Assembly (NCBI GenBank): GCA_026395435.1
Contig: JAPLYT010000011.1
Coordinates: 74,363 to 138,362 of the forward strand
Reading direction: 5' to 3'
DNA: 64,000 nucleotides
Origin: Candidatus Saccharimonadota bacterium
GTDB lineage: Bacteria; Patescibacteriota; Saccharimonadia; Saccharimonadales; AWTP1-31
Shown: piece after piece, positions 1 through 9,160 of the stretch
Position numbering within the stretch: position 1 is the stretch's first letter
Layout of the letters: each line of letters begins with the position of its first letter
Notes under the pieces: generated by a model
The model's input: the letters and a program-made list of their open reading frames with translations, nothing else
Databases searched by the model: none
Told to the model about the DNA's origin: nothing
Made by a program: the position numbers and the translations under genes

Positions 1-2
1 GT

Positions 3-2033
3 ATGATCACTGTCAAAGAACGCGACGCTGCTAAGAAAGTTGATACTATTGCCAAGGTCAAAGAGCCTCAAGCTAAATATGCTGGTATCAAGGCTCCTTG
101 GTTTGTGCTAGCCGCCAAGAAGCAACTCGAGACAACACGACCTGAAACTGCCAAGATCGGCGGTTGGTCGGTAACAACTACACTAGATATGGATAAACAA
201 GCGCTTGCCGAAGAGCAAGTAGCCAAAGGACTTGCACAGATTAAGCGTCAGGGTGGCGATAATGCTGCTTTTGCCGCAGAAGATGTAACAACAGGTCAAA
301 TGGTAGCACTTGTCGGAGGTGTTGATTTTACTAATCCTGATTTCGGTCAATTCAACTATGCTACCCAACCCCTCCCTCCGGGCTCTAGCTTTAAGCCATA
401 CGACTATACCGCGTTGATTGAAAACGGAAATAATGTTGGTGCTGGATCAGTTTTATATGACACACAAGGTCCTCTTGAAGGATACCCGTGTACAAAGAAA
501 GAAGTACCAAAGCAAGGTGGTAACTGCTTGTGGGATTACGATCTCAAGTACCCTGGCCCATTGACGTTACGTTATGCATTAGGTGGATCTCGCAACGTGC
601 CAGCAGTTAAGGCAATGTTGACCGTGGGCATCGACAAGACAATTCAAACTGCTGAAAAACTAGGTTTGAAGAGTGGATATAAATGTTTCCAGGATGAAGG
701 TAACACGAAAGAAGGAGCCTGCTATGCTTCTGCTGCTATCGGTGATGGTGCCTTCTTGCACCTCGACGAACACGTCCATGCTTACGGTAGTATCTCTCGA
801 AACGGTTTAAATATTCCTCAGACATATATTCTTAAAATCACCAATGCAAGCAATAAGACTATAGAAGAATGGAAGCCAAGTAAAGGTGTCCAGGCTGTCC
901 GTCCTGAATCAGCCTACATCGTTGCAGATATGATGAGCGATCCGAATGCCAGCTACTTCCCTGCCGGTCGCAAGCCGCATCGCTATAACGGATGGAAGTT
1001 CGCTATGAAGACCGGTACAACGAACGATGGAAAAGATGGGTGGATGATGGGCTTCTCGACTAAATATGCTGCCGGTGTATGGGTCGGATATCACACACGC
1101 CAGCGAGTCATGAGTGGCACCATGGAAAATATGACTCAGCCAATCTGGCAGGGTTGGATGAATAAAGCTCACGACGGTATCACGCCGGTCGAGCGGGTTA
1201 AGCCAGATGGCCTTCAGACGCTTCCAGCATTTGTGGTCCGTAATAACCCTGGTATCGGTGCGGTAGTCCCAAGTGGCGCTACCGATCTGTTCCCCTCTTG
1301 GTATAAGCAACCATCTAATAGCGGTAACTCGTCAAAGATACTTGATAAAGTATCTGGTAAAGTAGCGACCGATTGTACACCAGAACGGGCAAAGGATAAG
1401 CAAGACAATGCAGCTGCAAACATATTCTCTGCCGATAGATTTGCAGGCGGTGGAGTTGCCGGTGGCAATACATCTGAAAATGATGATATTCATAAGTGTG
1501 ATGACATAAAACCATCGATAAGCCTATCAGTTTCGCCAAATGGAACGAGTTACGACCTATCCGTCAACATTACACAAGGTACTCATGCTATCTCAAGTGA
1601 AAAATTCAAAGGTACGGTTAACTATATTATTGACGGTCAAACTATACGATCCTTTGAAGTTGGCGGCCCAGGAAGCGGTCAGGCAGCATTTACCTACACT
1701 CCAGATTTCAGCGGCACTAAGAATATCTATGCCCAGATAATTGATGGAGCTCTCTACGACGGAAGCAGTTCCGCGGAGAACATTACGGGTGGCGGCTCTG
1801 CGGCTACAACGCTTACACTCTCCGCATCAGGCTCGGGACCATATAATATGACATGGAATTCCTTGTCAGGATTCACCTCCTACATAGTTTGTTATGGTAG
1901 TCCAAATCCGTCCACTTGTACCACATTCTCCGGCACGAGCGCCTTCATCCCTGCCATCGCAGGATCAGGCACTAAGAAGGCATTAGTCAAGACAAGTGAT
2001 GGTACTATTGTATCGCCAACCGTGACCTTGTAG
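3..2033 (+). CDS. Penicillin-binding protein, transpeptidase part plus C-terminal beta-sandwich-like extension (5' end cut by window edge)
   Basis: The ORF runs from the window edge. It carries an SxxK motif (GSSFKPYDY) and a KTG motif (MKTGTTND) typical of PBP transpeptidase domains. The last ~180 aa are Ser/Gly/Thr-rich with no enzyme motif. Confidence 0.85.
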   Translation: MITVKERDAAKKVDTIAKVKEPQAKYAGIKAPWFVLAAKKQLETTRPETAKIGGWSVTTTLDMDKQALAEEQVAKGLAQIKRQGGDNAAFAAEDVTTGQMVALVGGVDFTNPDFGQFNYATQPLPPGSSFKPYDYTALIENGNNVGAGSVLYDTQGPLEGYPCTKKEVPKQGGNCLWDYDLKYPGPLTLRYALGGSRNVPAVKAMLTVGIDKTIQTAEKLGLKSGYKCFQDEGNTKEGACYASAAIGDGAFLHLDEHVHAYGSISRNGLNIPQTYILKITNASNKTIEEWKPSKGVQAVRPESAYIVADMMSDPNASYFPAGRKPHRYNGWKFAMKTGTTNDGKDGWMMGFSTKYAAGVWVGYHTRQRVMSGTMENMTQPIWQGWMNKAHDGITPVERVKPDGLQTLPAFVVRNNPGIGAVVPSGATDLFPSWYKQPSNSGNSSKILDKVSGKVATDCTPERAKDKQDNAAANIFSADRFAGGGVAGGNTSENDDIHKCDDIKPSISLSVSPNGTSYDLSVNITQGTHAISSEKFKGTVNYIIDGQTIRSFEVGGPGSGQAAFTYTPDFSGTKNIYAQIIDGALYDGSSSAENITGGGSAATTLTLSASGSGPYNMTWNSLSGFTSYIVCYGSPNPSTCTTFSGTSAFIPAIAGSGTKKALVKTSDGTIVSPTVTL

Positions 2034-2050
2034 GTGCTTCACATTACAAT

Positions 2051-2084
2051 AAAAAACACCCAGTCTGAATGACCGGGTGTTTTA
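2051..2084. terminator. Bidirectional intrinsic terminator between convergent genes
   Basis: Stem ACACCCAGTC / GACCGGGTGT (9 bp, one mismatch) is flanked by an A-run upstream and a T-run downstream. It lies between the PBP stop (2033) and the minus-strand ORF stop (2097). Confidence 0.7.
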
Positions 2085-2096
2085 GCTATCAATATA

Positions 2097-2339
2097 CTAT
2101 TTTTTGACTGGTCTACTTTTGACGATGCCGATAATAGCGCAAATCATACTAACTATGATCGACAGCACCATAGATAGCGCGATTGCTATATTGACGGTAG
2201 CACGTCCACTCGTATCTACCGGAGGGTTACCTAAAATAGTCTCAGCTATAAACTTCACTACAAGCGGTGTTATGCCAAGAAATGCTGAACCGAGTAATAT
2301 TGCAGACGTTAGATAATATTTTTTTGCATCGTCATTCAT
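2097..2339 (-). CDS. Small integral membrane protein (2 predicted TM helices), unknown function
   Basis: 80-aa ORF with two long hydrophobic stretches. It fits the gap between the terminator and radA. Confidence 0.5.
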   Translation of the reverse strand: MNDDAKKYYLTSAILLGSAFLGITPLVVKFIAETILGNPPVDTSGRATVNIAIALSMVLSIIVSMICAIIGIVKSRPVKK

Positions 2340-2385
2340 TTTTAATCCTTTAGTTATGAAGAAATTGTATCACAGACTTTGAGTG

Positions 2386-3732
2386 CTACGTTGAGAGGAA
2401 GTCGTTGAGGGCAATCCGGATGGTAGATACTCCGACGAGCCCTGCCGGAGATTTCCCGGTTCGTACAATCGGGCCGAGCGCGCCGTCAAATCCGAGTTTC
2501 TTGGCTTCGGCTACGCGTTTTTCGATATGTGGTACATGGCGTACTTCCCCGCTGAGGCCAAGCTCTCCAAAAACTACCGCGTTCTTCTTGAGCTGCATGC
2601 CTTTGCTGGCACTAGCGATTGCCATTGCCACGGCGAGATCAGCTGCAGGCTCAGTGAGTTTAATACCTCCCACGATATTAATATAGATGTCTTGGTCGGC
2701 TAGATTGAGCTTAGTCCGGCGTTCAAGCATGGCGACGAGTAGGTTGACGCGGTTTAAGTCTATGCCGCTAGCAGCCCGTTTAGGGTAGCCATAGCTCGTT
2801 TTATTTACCAGTGCTTGCACTTCAACAAGTAGAGGCCTGGTGCCTTCCATGGTGGCCAACACGATAGATCCATCGCTCACCTGTCGTTCTGCCAGCAATG
2901 ACGCTGAAGGATTCTTAACGGGAACCAGACCTTCGTCGATCATTTCAAAAATACCCGCTTCGTTGGTTGAACCATATCTGTTTTTGATGCTTCTTAGCAG
3001 TTTGAACCCACCGTAGCGATCACCTTCTAATTGCAATACAACATCCACAACATGCTCGAGGACCTTAGGTCCAGCAATAGAGCCTTCTTTTGTGACATGC
3101 CCCACAAGTACCAGAGCAGTATTGGTTTGTTTGGCGACAACACTGAGCATGTGGGTGCTATTAGTGATTTGACTAACACTTCCCGGAGCAGAGCTCACCT
3201 CACCGACCGTTATGGTCTGGATAGAATCCACGACAACAAATTTATAGTCGCCACCCGCAATTGTCGCGGCGATATCATCAGCGCTCGTACTGCTTACAAT
3301 GGATAATTGAGACCCTTTGGCACCGAGGCGGTCGGCACGCATCGAGACTTGATGCACTGACTCTTCACCACTGACATAAAGTACCGGAATTGTAGCTGCA
3401 ATACTGCTGGCGATTTGCAGCAATAAGGTGCTTTTGCCGATACCGGGCTGTCCAGCTATGAGGTTGACGCTTCCAGCCACAAAACCGCCTCCCAGTACGG
3501 TGTCTACTTCGGTGATTCCGGTAGCTACCCGTGGTTCACGTTTGAGTTTGGCAATTGCGCTGACTGATTGGGGTGTAAGCTTGGTGCCTGATTTTGTGGC
3601 GCTCGCTACAGAGTCAATCATCATTTGTTCTTGGAGTGTGTTCCACTCGCCGCACGACGTGCACCGTCCCGTCCATGTCATAGATATGGCGCCGCAATTA
3701 CTGCATTCGTATCGTATATTTTTCTTTGCCAT
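2386..3732 (-). CDS. radA: DNA repair protein RadA/Sms
   Basis: C4 zinc finger (CSNCGAISMTWTGRCTSCGEW), Walker A (GQPGIGKST), KNRYG motif (SIKNRYGSTNE) and a Lon-like C-terminal domain. I prefer the start at MAKKNIRYEC (3732) over the upstream ATG at 3750. Confidence 0.93.
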   Translation of the reverse strand: MAKKNIRYECSNCGAISMTWTGRCTSCGEWNTLQEQMMIDSVASATKSGTKLTPQSVSAIAKLKREPRVATGITEVDTVLGGGFVAGSVNLIAGQPGIGKSTLLLQIASSIAATIPVLYVSGEESVHQVSMRADRLGAKGSQLSIVSSTSADDIAATIAGGDYKFVVVDSIQTITVGEVSSAPGSVSQITNSTHMLSVVAKQTNTALVLVGHVTKEGSIAGPKVLEHVVDVVLQLEGDRYGGFKLLRSIKNRYGSTNEAGIFEMIDEGLVPVKNPSASLLAERQVSDGSIVLATMEGTRPLLVEVQALVNKTSYGYPKRAASGIDLNRVNLLVAMLERRTKLNLADQDIYINIVGGIKLTEPAADLAVAMAIASASKGMQLKKNAVVFGELGLSGEVRHVPHIEKRVAEAKKLGFDGALGPIVRTGKSPAGLVGVSTIRIALNDFLST

Positions 3733-3800
3733 AACCGAGCTTTCCCTCATCTCAAATTCAAAGACAGTGTATCATCTTTGGGTTACGAGGTTCTAGGAAT

Positions 3801-4781
3801 CTAGAATTTACTCTCGACAACGGTATCGATCCTACTATCAAGCGCTTTATTTAGTTCTTGAGCCTCTAGTGCCACCTGATTACGAGCATCGAGAGTGGTT
3901 TTATAATCAACTACATATTGCTTGGACTGAGATAATAGCGTTTTAAACGCGTTCACGCGGGCGTTATAGGCTGGTACGGCGGCGTTGTACTCTTCAATTC
4001 GATCTGCTTTTAGTAGTACATCAAGTCGACTATTTTCTGCAGCGATACTTGTCTGATCGGTATCGAGGATGGCATTATTTGTTTTTACTAACCCCTCGAG
4101 ACGGACTAAATCAGCGTCATATCGGGTTAATGTATCGCGTCGTTCCTGGAATACTGCTTGATATTTTGCCGACAAGGCCGTCACTTGTGACCGATTAATA
4201 AAATACTTTTTATAATGTGCTTCGAGAACTGGAGAAAGTTTCGCTACTTCCGTCCCTAGAATAGAATGAAGCTCATTATGAATATCTGCGCCACTATTTT
4301 TGTAGACGCCAATTTTTTCAGTTAATTGCGGATCGTTGAGCGAGTTGTAGACGGTATCAAGCTCGGCATTGATAGTCTTCTTCTCATTACTACTCAATCG
4401 TTCATAGGCTACATGAAGCATCTCGTGCGCTGAGGTGACTTGCATAATTCCCTCGAGACGCGCGTCTGTCACATTGAGCACGAATATTCCATTATTGGGC
4501 TTGTAGCATCCCAAAACAATAGTCGTTTCACCCTCTTCGCAACTTTTATAGAAGGCTGCTTTTTCTTGTAGCACTGGTTTATTCACGAAAAAGAGCTTTC
4601 GACCTTCTGCGTTCATGGTTGTTTCAGTTGCGATATTTTGAAGTGCAGCCGGAGGTGTGTAGCCACGGAGCGTATACCAATCAAAGATATCCTGCTGCTT
4701 GAATATACCGAATGCTATAACCACGATGAGACTCATCCAGAAAAGGAGTCGTGGAATATTCGAGCGTTTTTTAGGTTCCAT
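3801..4781 (-). CDS. Membrane-anchored HExxH-motif protein with C-terminal coiled coil (paralog A of an uncharacterised family)
   Basis: N-terminal TM helix (LLFWMSLIVVIAFGIF), SAHEMLHVAY motif, a second conserved NELHSILGTEVA block and a heptad-like C-terminus. It is clearly homologous to ORF 60554..61594. The likely start is MEPKKRS (4781); the ORF track begins at 4838. Confidence 0.6.
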   Translation of the reverse strand: MEPKKRSNIPRLLFWMSLIVVIAFGIFKQQDIFDWYTLRGYTPPAALQNIATETTMNAEGRKLFFVNKPVLQEKAAFYKSCEEGETTIVLGCYKPNNGIFVLNVTDARLEGIMQVTSAHEMLHVAYERLSSNEKKTINAELDTVYNSLNDPQLTEKIGVYKNSGADIHNELHSILGTEVAKLSPVLEAHYKKYFINRSQVTALSAKYQAVFQERRDTLTRYDADLVRLEGLVKTNNAILDTDQTSIAAENSRLDVLLKADRIEEYNAAVPAYNARVNAFKTLLSQSKQYVVDYKTTLDARNQVALEAQELNKALDSRIDTVVESKF

Positions 4782-4905
4782 TACGTTTAAGTATAGTGCA
4801 GAATACCTGCATCGTCGAATCAATACAGATCCTCGCAATTCTAGAGGTTTCTCCTCTAACAGATGGGTGCAATGTGATTTTGTCTCAACGGTGGAATTTC
4901 AACGC

Positions 4906-7377
4906 TTATTCGTGCTTGGTAGTAAAGGTTAGTTGGTCATTCTTAATGCCTACCGATATGATGTCGCCCTTGAGATGCGTGTCGTCCAGCAACCCCGTGG
5001 CAACAGAATCTTCGATGGTGTCTTGTAATAACCGTCGCATTGGACGAGCTCCGTTCAGTGCATCGTAGCCGTTCGCCAGCAAATGTTTCTTTGCGCCAGG
5101 GCTCACAACGAGGCCAAGTCCATGTTTTTGTAATCTAGCCCTTAGCTCATCGAGTTGCAGATCAAGAATTGTCAGTGCGTTCTTTTGGGTTAAGGCGTGA
5201 AAGACAATTACCTTATCAATACGGTTGAGAAGCTCAGGCCGCATCATCTTCTTAAGCTCGGCGTGAACTTTGTCTATGTTCTTCTCATGCAATGCTTCAA
5301 GGTCTTTCTGATCATCGGCAGAAGATGCTTGGAAACCGAGACTTGCCTCTTTCTGGAGCTTGTCGGCACCGAGGTTACTGGTCATGATGACGATGGTATT
5401 GGTAAAATCAATTTTTCGTCCTTTGGCATCGGTAAGCACCCCATCTTCGAGGATTTGTAGCAGCATATTGAACACTTCTGGGTGCGCTTTTTCAATTTCA
5501 TCAAACAGTACTAAACTGTAGGGCTGGCGTCGAATTTTATCAGTAAGCTGACCGCCTTCATCATAACCAACATATCCGGCAGGTGCACCGACGAGGCGAG
5601 CTGCGGTGTGTCGTTCCCCAAATTCACTCATGTCTATTTTTACAAGAGCTTCGCGTGAACCAAAGAATTCATCGGCTAATACACGAGCCAGTTCTGTCTT
5701 TCCGACTCCTGTTGGGCCGAGGAAAATGAATGATCCAATGGGCCTACCGGCACTAGAAATACCTGAACGACTTCTTCGTATCGATTTTGCTACTGCTTCA
5801 ACTGCTTCATCTTGTCCGATGATATGTTTGCCAAGTGTCTTTTCGAGGTTCAGAAGATACTTGGCTTCGGCTCGGATAACGCGCTGTACAGGAACCCCTG
5901 TCATTCGGGCGACAACATCTGCTACATCATCACTTTTCATAACGAGCTTATTGGTAGTCTTGCCGGAAGCTGCAAGCTTTTTGAGTTCGGCTTCTATCTG
6001 GCTGGCCCGTGTTTTAGACCGAGCGGCCCGTTCGTAATCTTCGGATTCGACAGCTTCGTCAATCCTGACATTTACGAGTTTAAGCTCTTTAGTCAATTTT
6101 CTAATCTCAGGCGGTGTCTTGCCTTTGTCGACACGCAAGTGAGCTGATGTTTCGTCGAGTAGGTCAATTGCTTTGTCGGGCATGAACCGGTCGTTAATAT
6201 ATCGTGCTGCAAAGTTGACAGTATCGACGATTACTTCATCGCTGACCGAGACATCATGAAATGCTTCATAGTGCTTGCGAAGTCCTTTAAGGATCGCAAT
6301 AGTTTCGGGGATGGTTGTTTCTGGTACTTGTACGGGCTGGAAACGGCGTTCAAGGGCGGCATCTTTTTCGATATGTTTTGTGTACTCAGCCGTGGTGGTA
6401 GCTCCAATCATTTGGATTTTACCGCGAGCTAATGCTGGCTTGAGGATATTTCCGGCGTCCATTGCCCCTTCAGCCGCACCTGCTCCGACGATAAGGTGGA
6501 GCTCATCAATAAAGACAATTGTCTTCTTGTCATCTTCGAGCTCTGCCATAACTTTTTTGAGTCGTTCTTCGAACTCACCGCGGTATTTCGTACCGGCAAT
6601 CATACCCGCAAGATCAAGCATAATAATTCGCTTGTCGATAAGACTATCGGGCACGTCTTCGGCCACGATACGCTGAGCTAACCCCTCGGCAATCGCGGTT
6701 TTACCGACACCGGGCTCACCGATCAGGACGGGATTATTTTTAGTTCGTCGATTAAGAATAGTGATGACTCGACGGATCTGAGCCTCCCGGCCAACAACAG
6801 GGTCAAGTTTATTATCTTTAGCGAGAGCGGTCATATCCGTACCAAAGAAATCGAGCGCAGTTTTGCGTGATTTTTTACCACGTTTTCGAGTGCCTGTACC
6901 ACCAGAATCTTCCATCTGTTGTCGATTGAGGAATTGCTCGAGTTCGCCAGTGAGACTTTCGACATTTATATTCATATCTCGGAGCAATATGGTCGCGCGA
7001 GCGTTTTTCTGACTGAGAATACTAAACAAAATATGCTCGGTACCACAGTATTCCTGGGTGAAATCCTGGGCAACATCATAGGCCATGCGGAGTGTGAGTT
7101 TGGCGGTTTCGCTGAGCCCCTTGGCCTCCATGTTGAGGGCAATCGCTTTGGGTGTGAGGTTCAGCGCCAGTCTCGCTCTATCAAGCGTAACTCCTGCCCC
7201 TTCAAGTATCTTTGCTCCCATGCTCACATCTTGGGCAAGGACACCAAGCAGTAGATGCTCTGTGCCGATATAGGCACTACCAAAACTACGAGCGATTGCA
7301 TCGGCGTGTTTGAGGCTTTGCAACGCATTGTCTGTGAGGTGATTTAAAAATTCGTGGAATTCTGGTGTGTCTTGCAT
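4906..7377 (-). CDS. clpC: ATP-dependent Clp protease ATP-binding subunit ClpC
   Basis: Two Clp_N repeats, two AAA+ modules ([13 protein letters not shown] and [12 protein letters not shown]), a short UVR-like linker ([20 protein letters not shown]) rather than a long ClpB M-domain, and an LGF loop (KEASLGFQ) resembling the ClpP-docking tripeptide. Confidence 0.9.
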   Translation of the reverse strand: MQDTPEFHEFLNHLTDNALQSLKHADAIARSFGSAYIGTEHLLLGVLAQDVSMGAKILEGAGVTLDRARLALNLTPKAIALNMEAKGLSETAKLTLRMAYDVAQDFTQEYCGTEHILFSILSQKNARATILLRDMNINVESLTGELEQFLNRQQMEDSGGTGTRKRGKKSRKTALDFFGTDMTALAKDNKLDPVVGREAQIRRVITILNRRTKNNPVLIGEPGVGKTAIAEGLAQRIVAEDVPDSLIDKRIIMLDLAGMIAGTKYRGEFEERLKKVMAELEDDKKTIVFIDELHLIVGAGAAEGAMDAGNILKPALARGKIQMIGATTTAEYTKHIEKDAALERRFQPVQVPETTIPETIAILKGLRKHYEAFHDVSVSDEVIVDTVNFAARYINDRFMPDKAIDLLDETSAHLRVDKGKTPPEIRKLTKELKLVNVRIDEAVESEDYERAARSKTRASQIEAELKKLAASGKTTNKLVMKSDDVADVVARMTGVPVQRVIRAEAKYLLNLEKTLGKHIIGQDEAVEAVAKSIRRSRSGISSAGRPIGSFIFLGPTGVGKTELARVLADEFFGSREALVKIDMSEFGERHTAARLVGAPAGYVGYDEGGQLTDKIRRQPYSLVLFDEIEKAHPEVFNMLLQILEDGVLTDAKGRKIDFTNTIVIMTSNLGADKLQKEASLGFQASSADDQKDLEALHEKNIDKVHAELKKMMRPELLNRIDKVIVFHALTQKNALTILDLQLDELRARLQKHGLGLVVSPGAKKHLLANGYDALNGARPMRRLLQDTIEDSVATGLLDDTHLKGDIISVGIKNDQLTFTTKHE

Positions 7378-7440
7378 ATGAGTGTGCCCCCTGGTGTTAG
7401 CTATATTGATAATAGAATATGCTCTTTAAATAGTATCAAA

Positions 7441-7467
7441 CTAGCACTCGCCATGCAAGAGTGCTAA
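7441..7467. promoter_or_regulatory. CIRCE-type inverted repeat (HrcA operator) upstream of clpC
   Basis: CTAGCACTC-N9-GAGTGCTAA matches the CIRCE consensus TTAGCACTC-N9-GAGTGCTAA at 17 of 18 positions. It lies 64 nt upstream of the clpC start. Confidence 0.75.
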
Positions 7468-7537
7468 TCCTCAACATCAGACCAGCTGGCATGTTAGGGG
7501 CAAAGCCCCGAACTTTGCCATCTTTTTGAGCCCTGGC

Positions 7538-7668
7538 GCAATTTTATTCTGCGATGCTCGCGTCGCCGTACCATGTGTACGGCTTGCTCCGCTCCTCACA
7601 TATACATTGCACTGCGCATTCATGTGTGAGGCTGTGGATCGAATCGGGATGCAATTTTATTCTACGAT
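7538..7668. repeat. 18-nt direct repeats GCAATTTTATTCT[G/A]CGAT (7538..7555 and 7651..7668) bracketing a 95-nt structured segment
   Basis: The repeats match at 17 of 18 positions. The enclosed segment holds the 7-bp hairpin motif (7565..7583) and a CCTCACA...TGTGAGG inverted repeat (7593..7630). Confidence 0.6.
7553..7596. repeat. Intergenic hairpin motif, copy A (nusA-clpC spacer)
   Basis: Sequence is gatgctcgcgtc-[GCCGTAC catgt GTACGGC]-ttgctccgctcct. It shares its flanks and hairpin geometry with copy B at 9000..9042. Confidence 0.6.
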
Positions 7669-7672
7669 AAAA

Positions 7673-7698
7673 AATAATCCGGATAAATCCGGATTATT
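7673..7698 (-). terminator. Intrinsic terminator downstream of nusA
   Basis: On the minus strand, the AATAATCCGGA / TCCGGATTATT stem is followed by TTTTTAT. It lies 30 nt after the nusA stop. Confidence 0.8.
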
Positions 7699-7727
7699 GA
7701 TGAGGCCCTAGCGCACTGCGATTGTAT

Positions 7728-8906
7728 TTACTCGCCGTGTTCTTCGATGGCGTCGAGGAGGCTGCTTTCGAGCTGGTCCTTGCGCTTGAGTCGAGGCATT
7801 GGCTTCGGTTCAGAAGGCTTAACTGGTGCAGCAGGTTTCGGTGCTTCAGCAACCACAACGGGCTTTGGTGCATCAGACGTGATATCAAGGTCATACCCTG
7901 TAAGTTTACTAGCAAGCCGGACGTTTTGACCGCTTTTACCGATAGCAATACTGAGCTGATCTTCTGGAACTGTTACGGTTGCCTTCTTAACATCTTCAAA
8001 GAGTTCTACTTTGGTGATTTTGGTCGGGCTGAGTGCGTTGGTGATGAATTCTTTTGGTTCTGCGCTCCAGACGACGATATCGATTTTTTCTTGTTCACCG
8101 ATTTCGCTCATGACGGCGTTGACGCGTGTTCCATGACCGCCAACAAATGTACCAACGGGGTCGACGCCAGGCATGCTGCTTGCAACAGCAATTTTGCTGC
8201 GGACACCAGCTTCTCGGGCAATGTTTTTGATTTCTACAGATCCGTTTTCCATTTCAGGAACTTCATTGCGGAATAAGTGTTCTACGAAAGCTGCGTTCCC
8301 GCGGCTGACGACGAGTTGTGGCCCGCGGAATCCGCGTTCTACGTCCTTAAGGAACACTTTGAGGCGTTGTCCTGGGTAGTAGCGTTCGCCCATGATCTGT
8401 TCGCTTTTCGGCATAATACCTTGAGCTTTGCCCAAGTCAACTCGGACAATCATACCTTCGACGCGTGATACGAGACCGTTAATAACGGTGCCGATTTTGT
8501 CGTCATATTCAGCCATAACGATTTCTCGTTCTGCTTCTCGAAGTCGTTGCAAGATAACTTGTTTTGCAGTTTGAGCAGCGACACGACCAAAGTCTTCGAC
8601 TTTCTCGTGAATTTCTTCGGTTGCACCAATGGCAGCGTTTTTACGCATAGCCTGTGCTTGAGTAAGGCTGATCTCGAAACGATCGTCTCCAACAAGTTCG
8701 ACGATTTCTTTGCTAATGTATGCATCAACGTCGCCCGTCGCGAGGTTCATCGTTACACGAACTTCTTGTTCGCGATCACCATAATCACGTCGATACGCAG
8801 CAGCGAGTGCTTGTTCGACGATTTCTTGAACGGTTTCAAGTGGTAAGTTTTTTTCTTCGGCTATAGTTTTGACAGCTATAGCCAGACCTTTCATATCTAA
8901 TTCCAT
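7728..8906 (-). CDS. nusA: Transcription termination/antitermination factor NusA
   Basis: N-terminal domain, S1 and two KH regions with typical strings (GPQLVVSRGN, EVPEMENGSVEIKNIAREAGVRSKIAV, KLTGYDLDI). The C-terminal tail is Pro/Lys-rich. Confidence 0.93.
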   Translation of the reverse strand: MELDMKGLAIAVKTIAEEKNLPLETVQEIVEQALAAAYRRDYGDREQEVRVTMNLATGDVDAYISKEIVELVGDDRFEISLTQAQAMRKNAAIGATEEIHEKVEDFGRVAAQTAKQVILQRLREAEREIVMAEYDDKIGTVINGLVSRVEGMIVRVDLGKAQGIMPKSEQIMGERYYPGQRLKVFLKDVERGFRGPQLVVSRGNAAFVEHLFRNEVPEMENGSVEIKNIAREAGVRSKIAVASSMPGVDPVGTFVGGHGTRVNAVMSEIGEQEKIDIVVWSAEPKEFITNALSPTKITKVELFEDVKKATVTVPEDQLSIAIGKSGQNVRLASKLTGYDLDITSDAPKPVVVAEAPKPAAPVKPSEPKPMPRLKRKDQLESSLLDAIEEHGE

Positions 8907-8999
8907 ACTATATTCGACTTTTCTGCCGCATGAACCTGCCTACCGACTACGTCGCTAGCACCGTTCATGTTGGCTGTTCGCTGCTGCGTCAGAAGCTTC

Positions 9000-9042
9000 G
9001 GTGCTCACGCATCGTACCGATAGTACGATTTGTTCCGCTCCT
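9000..9042. repeat. Intergenic hairpin motif, copy B (nusA leader)
   Basis: Sequence is ggtgctcacgc-[ATCGTAC cgata GTACGAT]-ttgttccgctcct. The stem differs from copy A at its two outer pairs, and both changes are compensatory (G-C/C-G versus A-T/T-A). Confidence 0.6.
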
Positions 9043-9134
9043 TGCCTCTTCCTTGCATCGATCGAGCCCAGAAAAGTCTCTCCTTTCTTGAGATTAGTCT
9101 TTATATTTTTGTAATAATTATTTAATGTACGGAT

Positions 9135-9160
9135 GAAAAAATCCGACCTGTTGGCCGGAT
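9135..9160 (-). terminator. Intrinsic terminator-like hairpin inside the long nusA upstream region
   Basis: In minus sense, AUCCGGCC-AACA-GGUCGGAU (8 bp including one G-U) is followed by UUUUUC. No minus-strand gene lies upstream of it, because pepN diverges at 9295. Confidence 0.5.

Noticed and set aside
7526-7711. Small plus-strand ORFs (61 aa here and an unlisted 55-aa ORF at 8930..9097) that both translate the repeated motif as R[V/I]xVPxVR[L/F]xPLL...LH
   Set aside because: The nucleotide similarity continues upstream across a 1-nt indel that puts the two ORFs in different frames. Neither ORF has an SD, the compositions are Cys/Arg/Pro-rich and unprotein-like, and the stem shows compensatory changes. 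A structured nucleic-acid element explains this better, though small-peptide coding is not fully excluded.
7722-8276. 184-aa plus-strand ORF
   Set aside because: It is antisense to nusA and is a shadow ORF.
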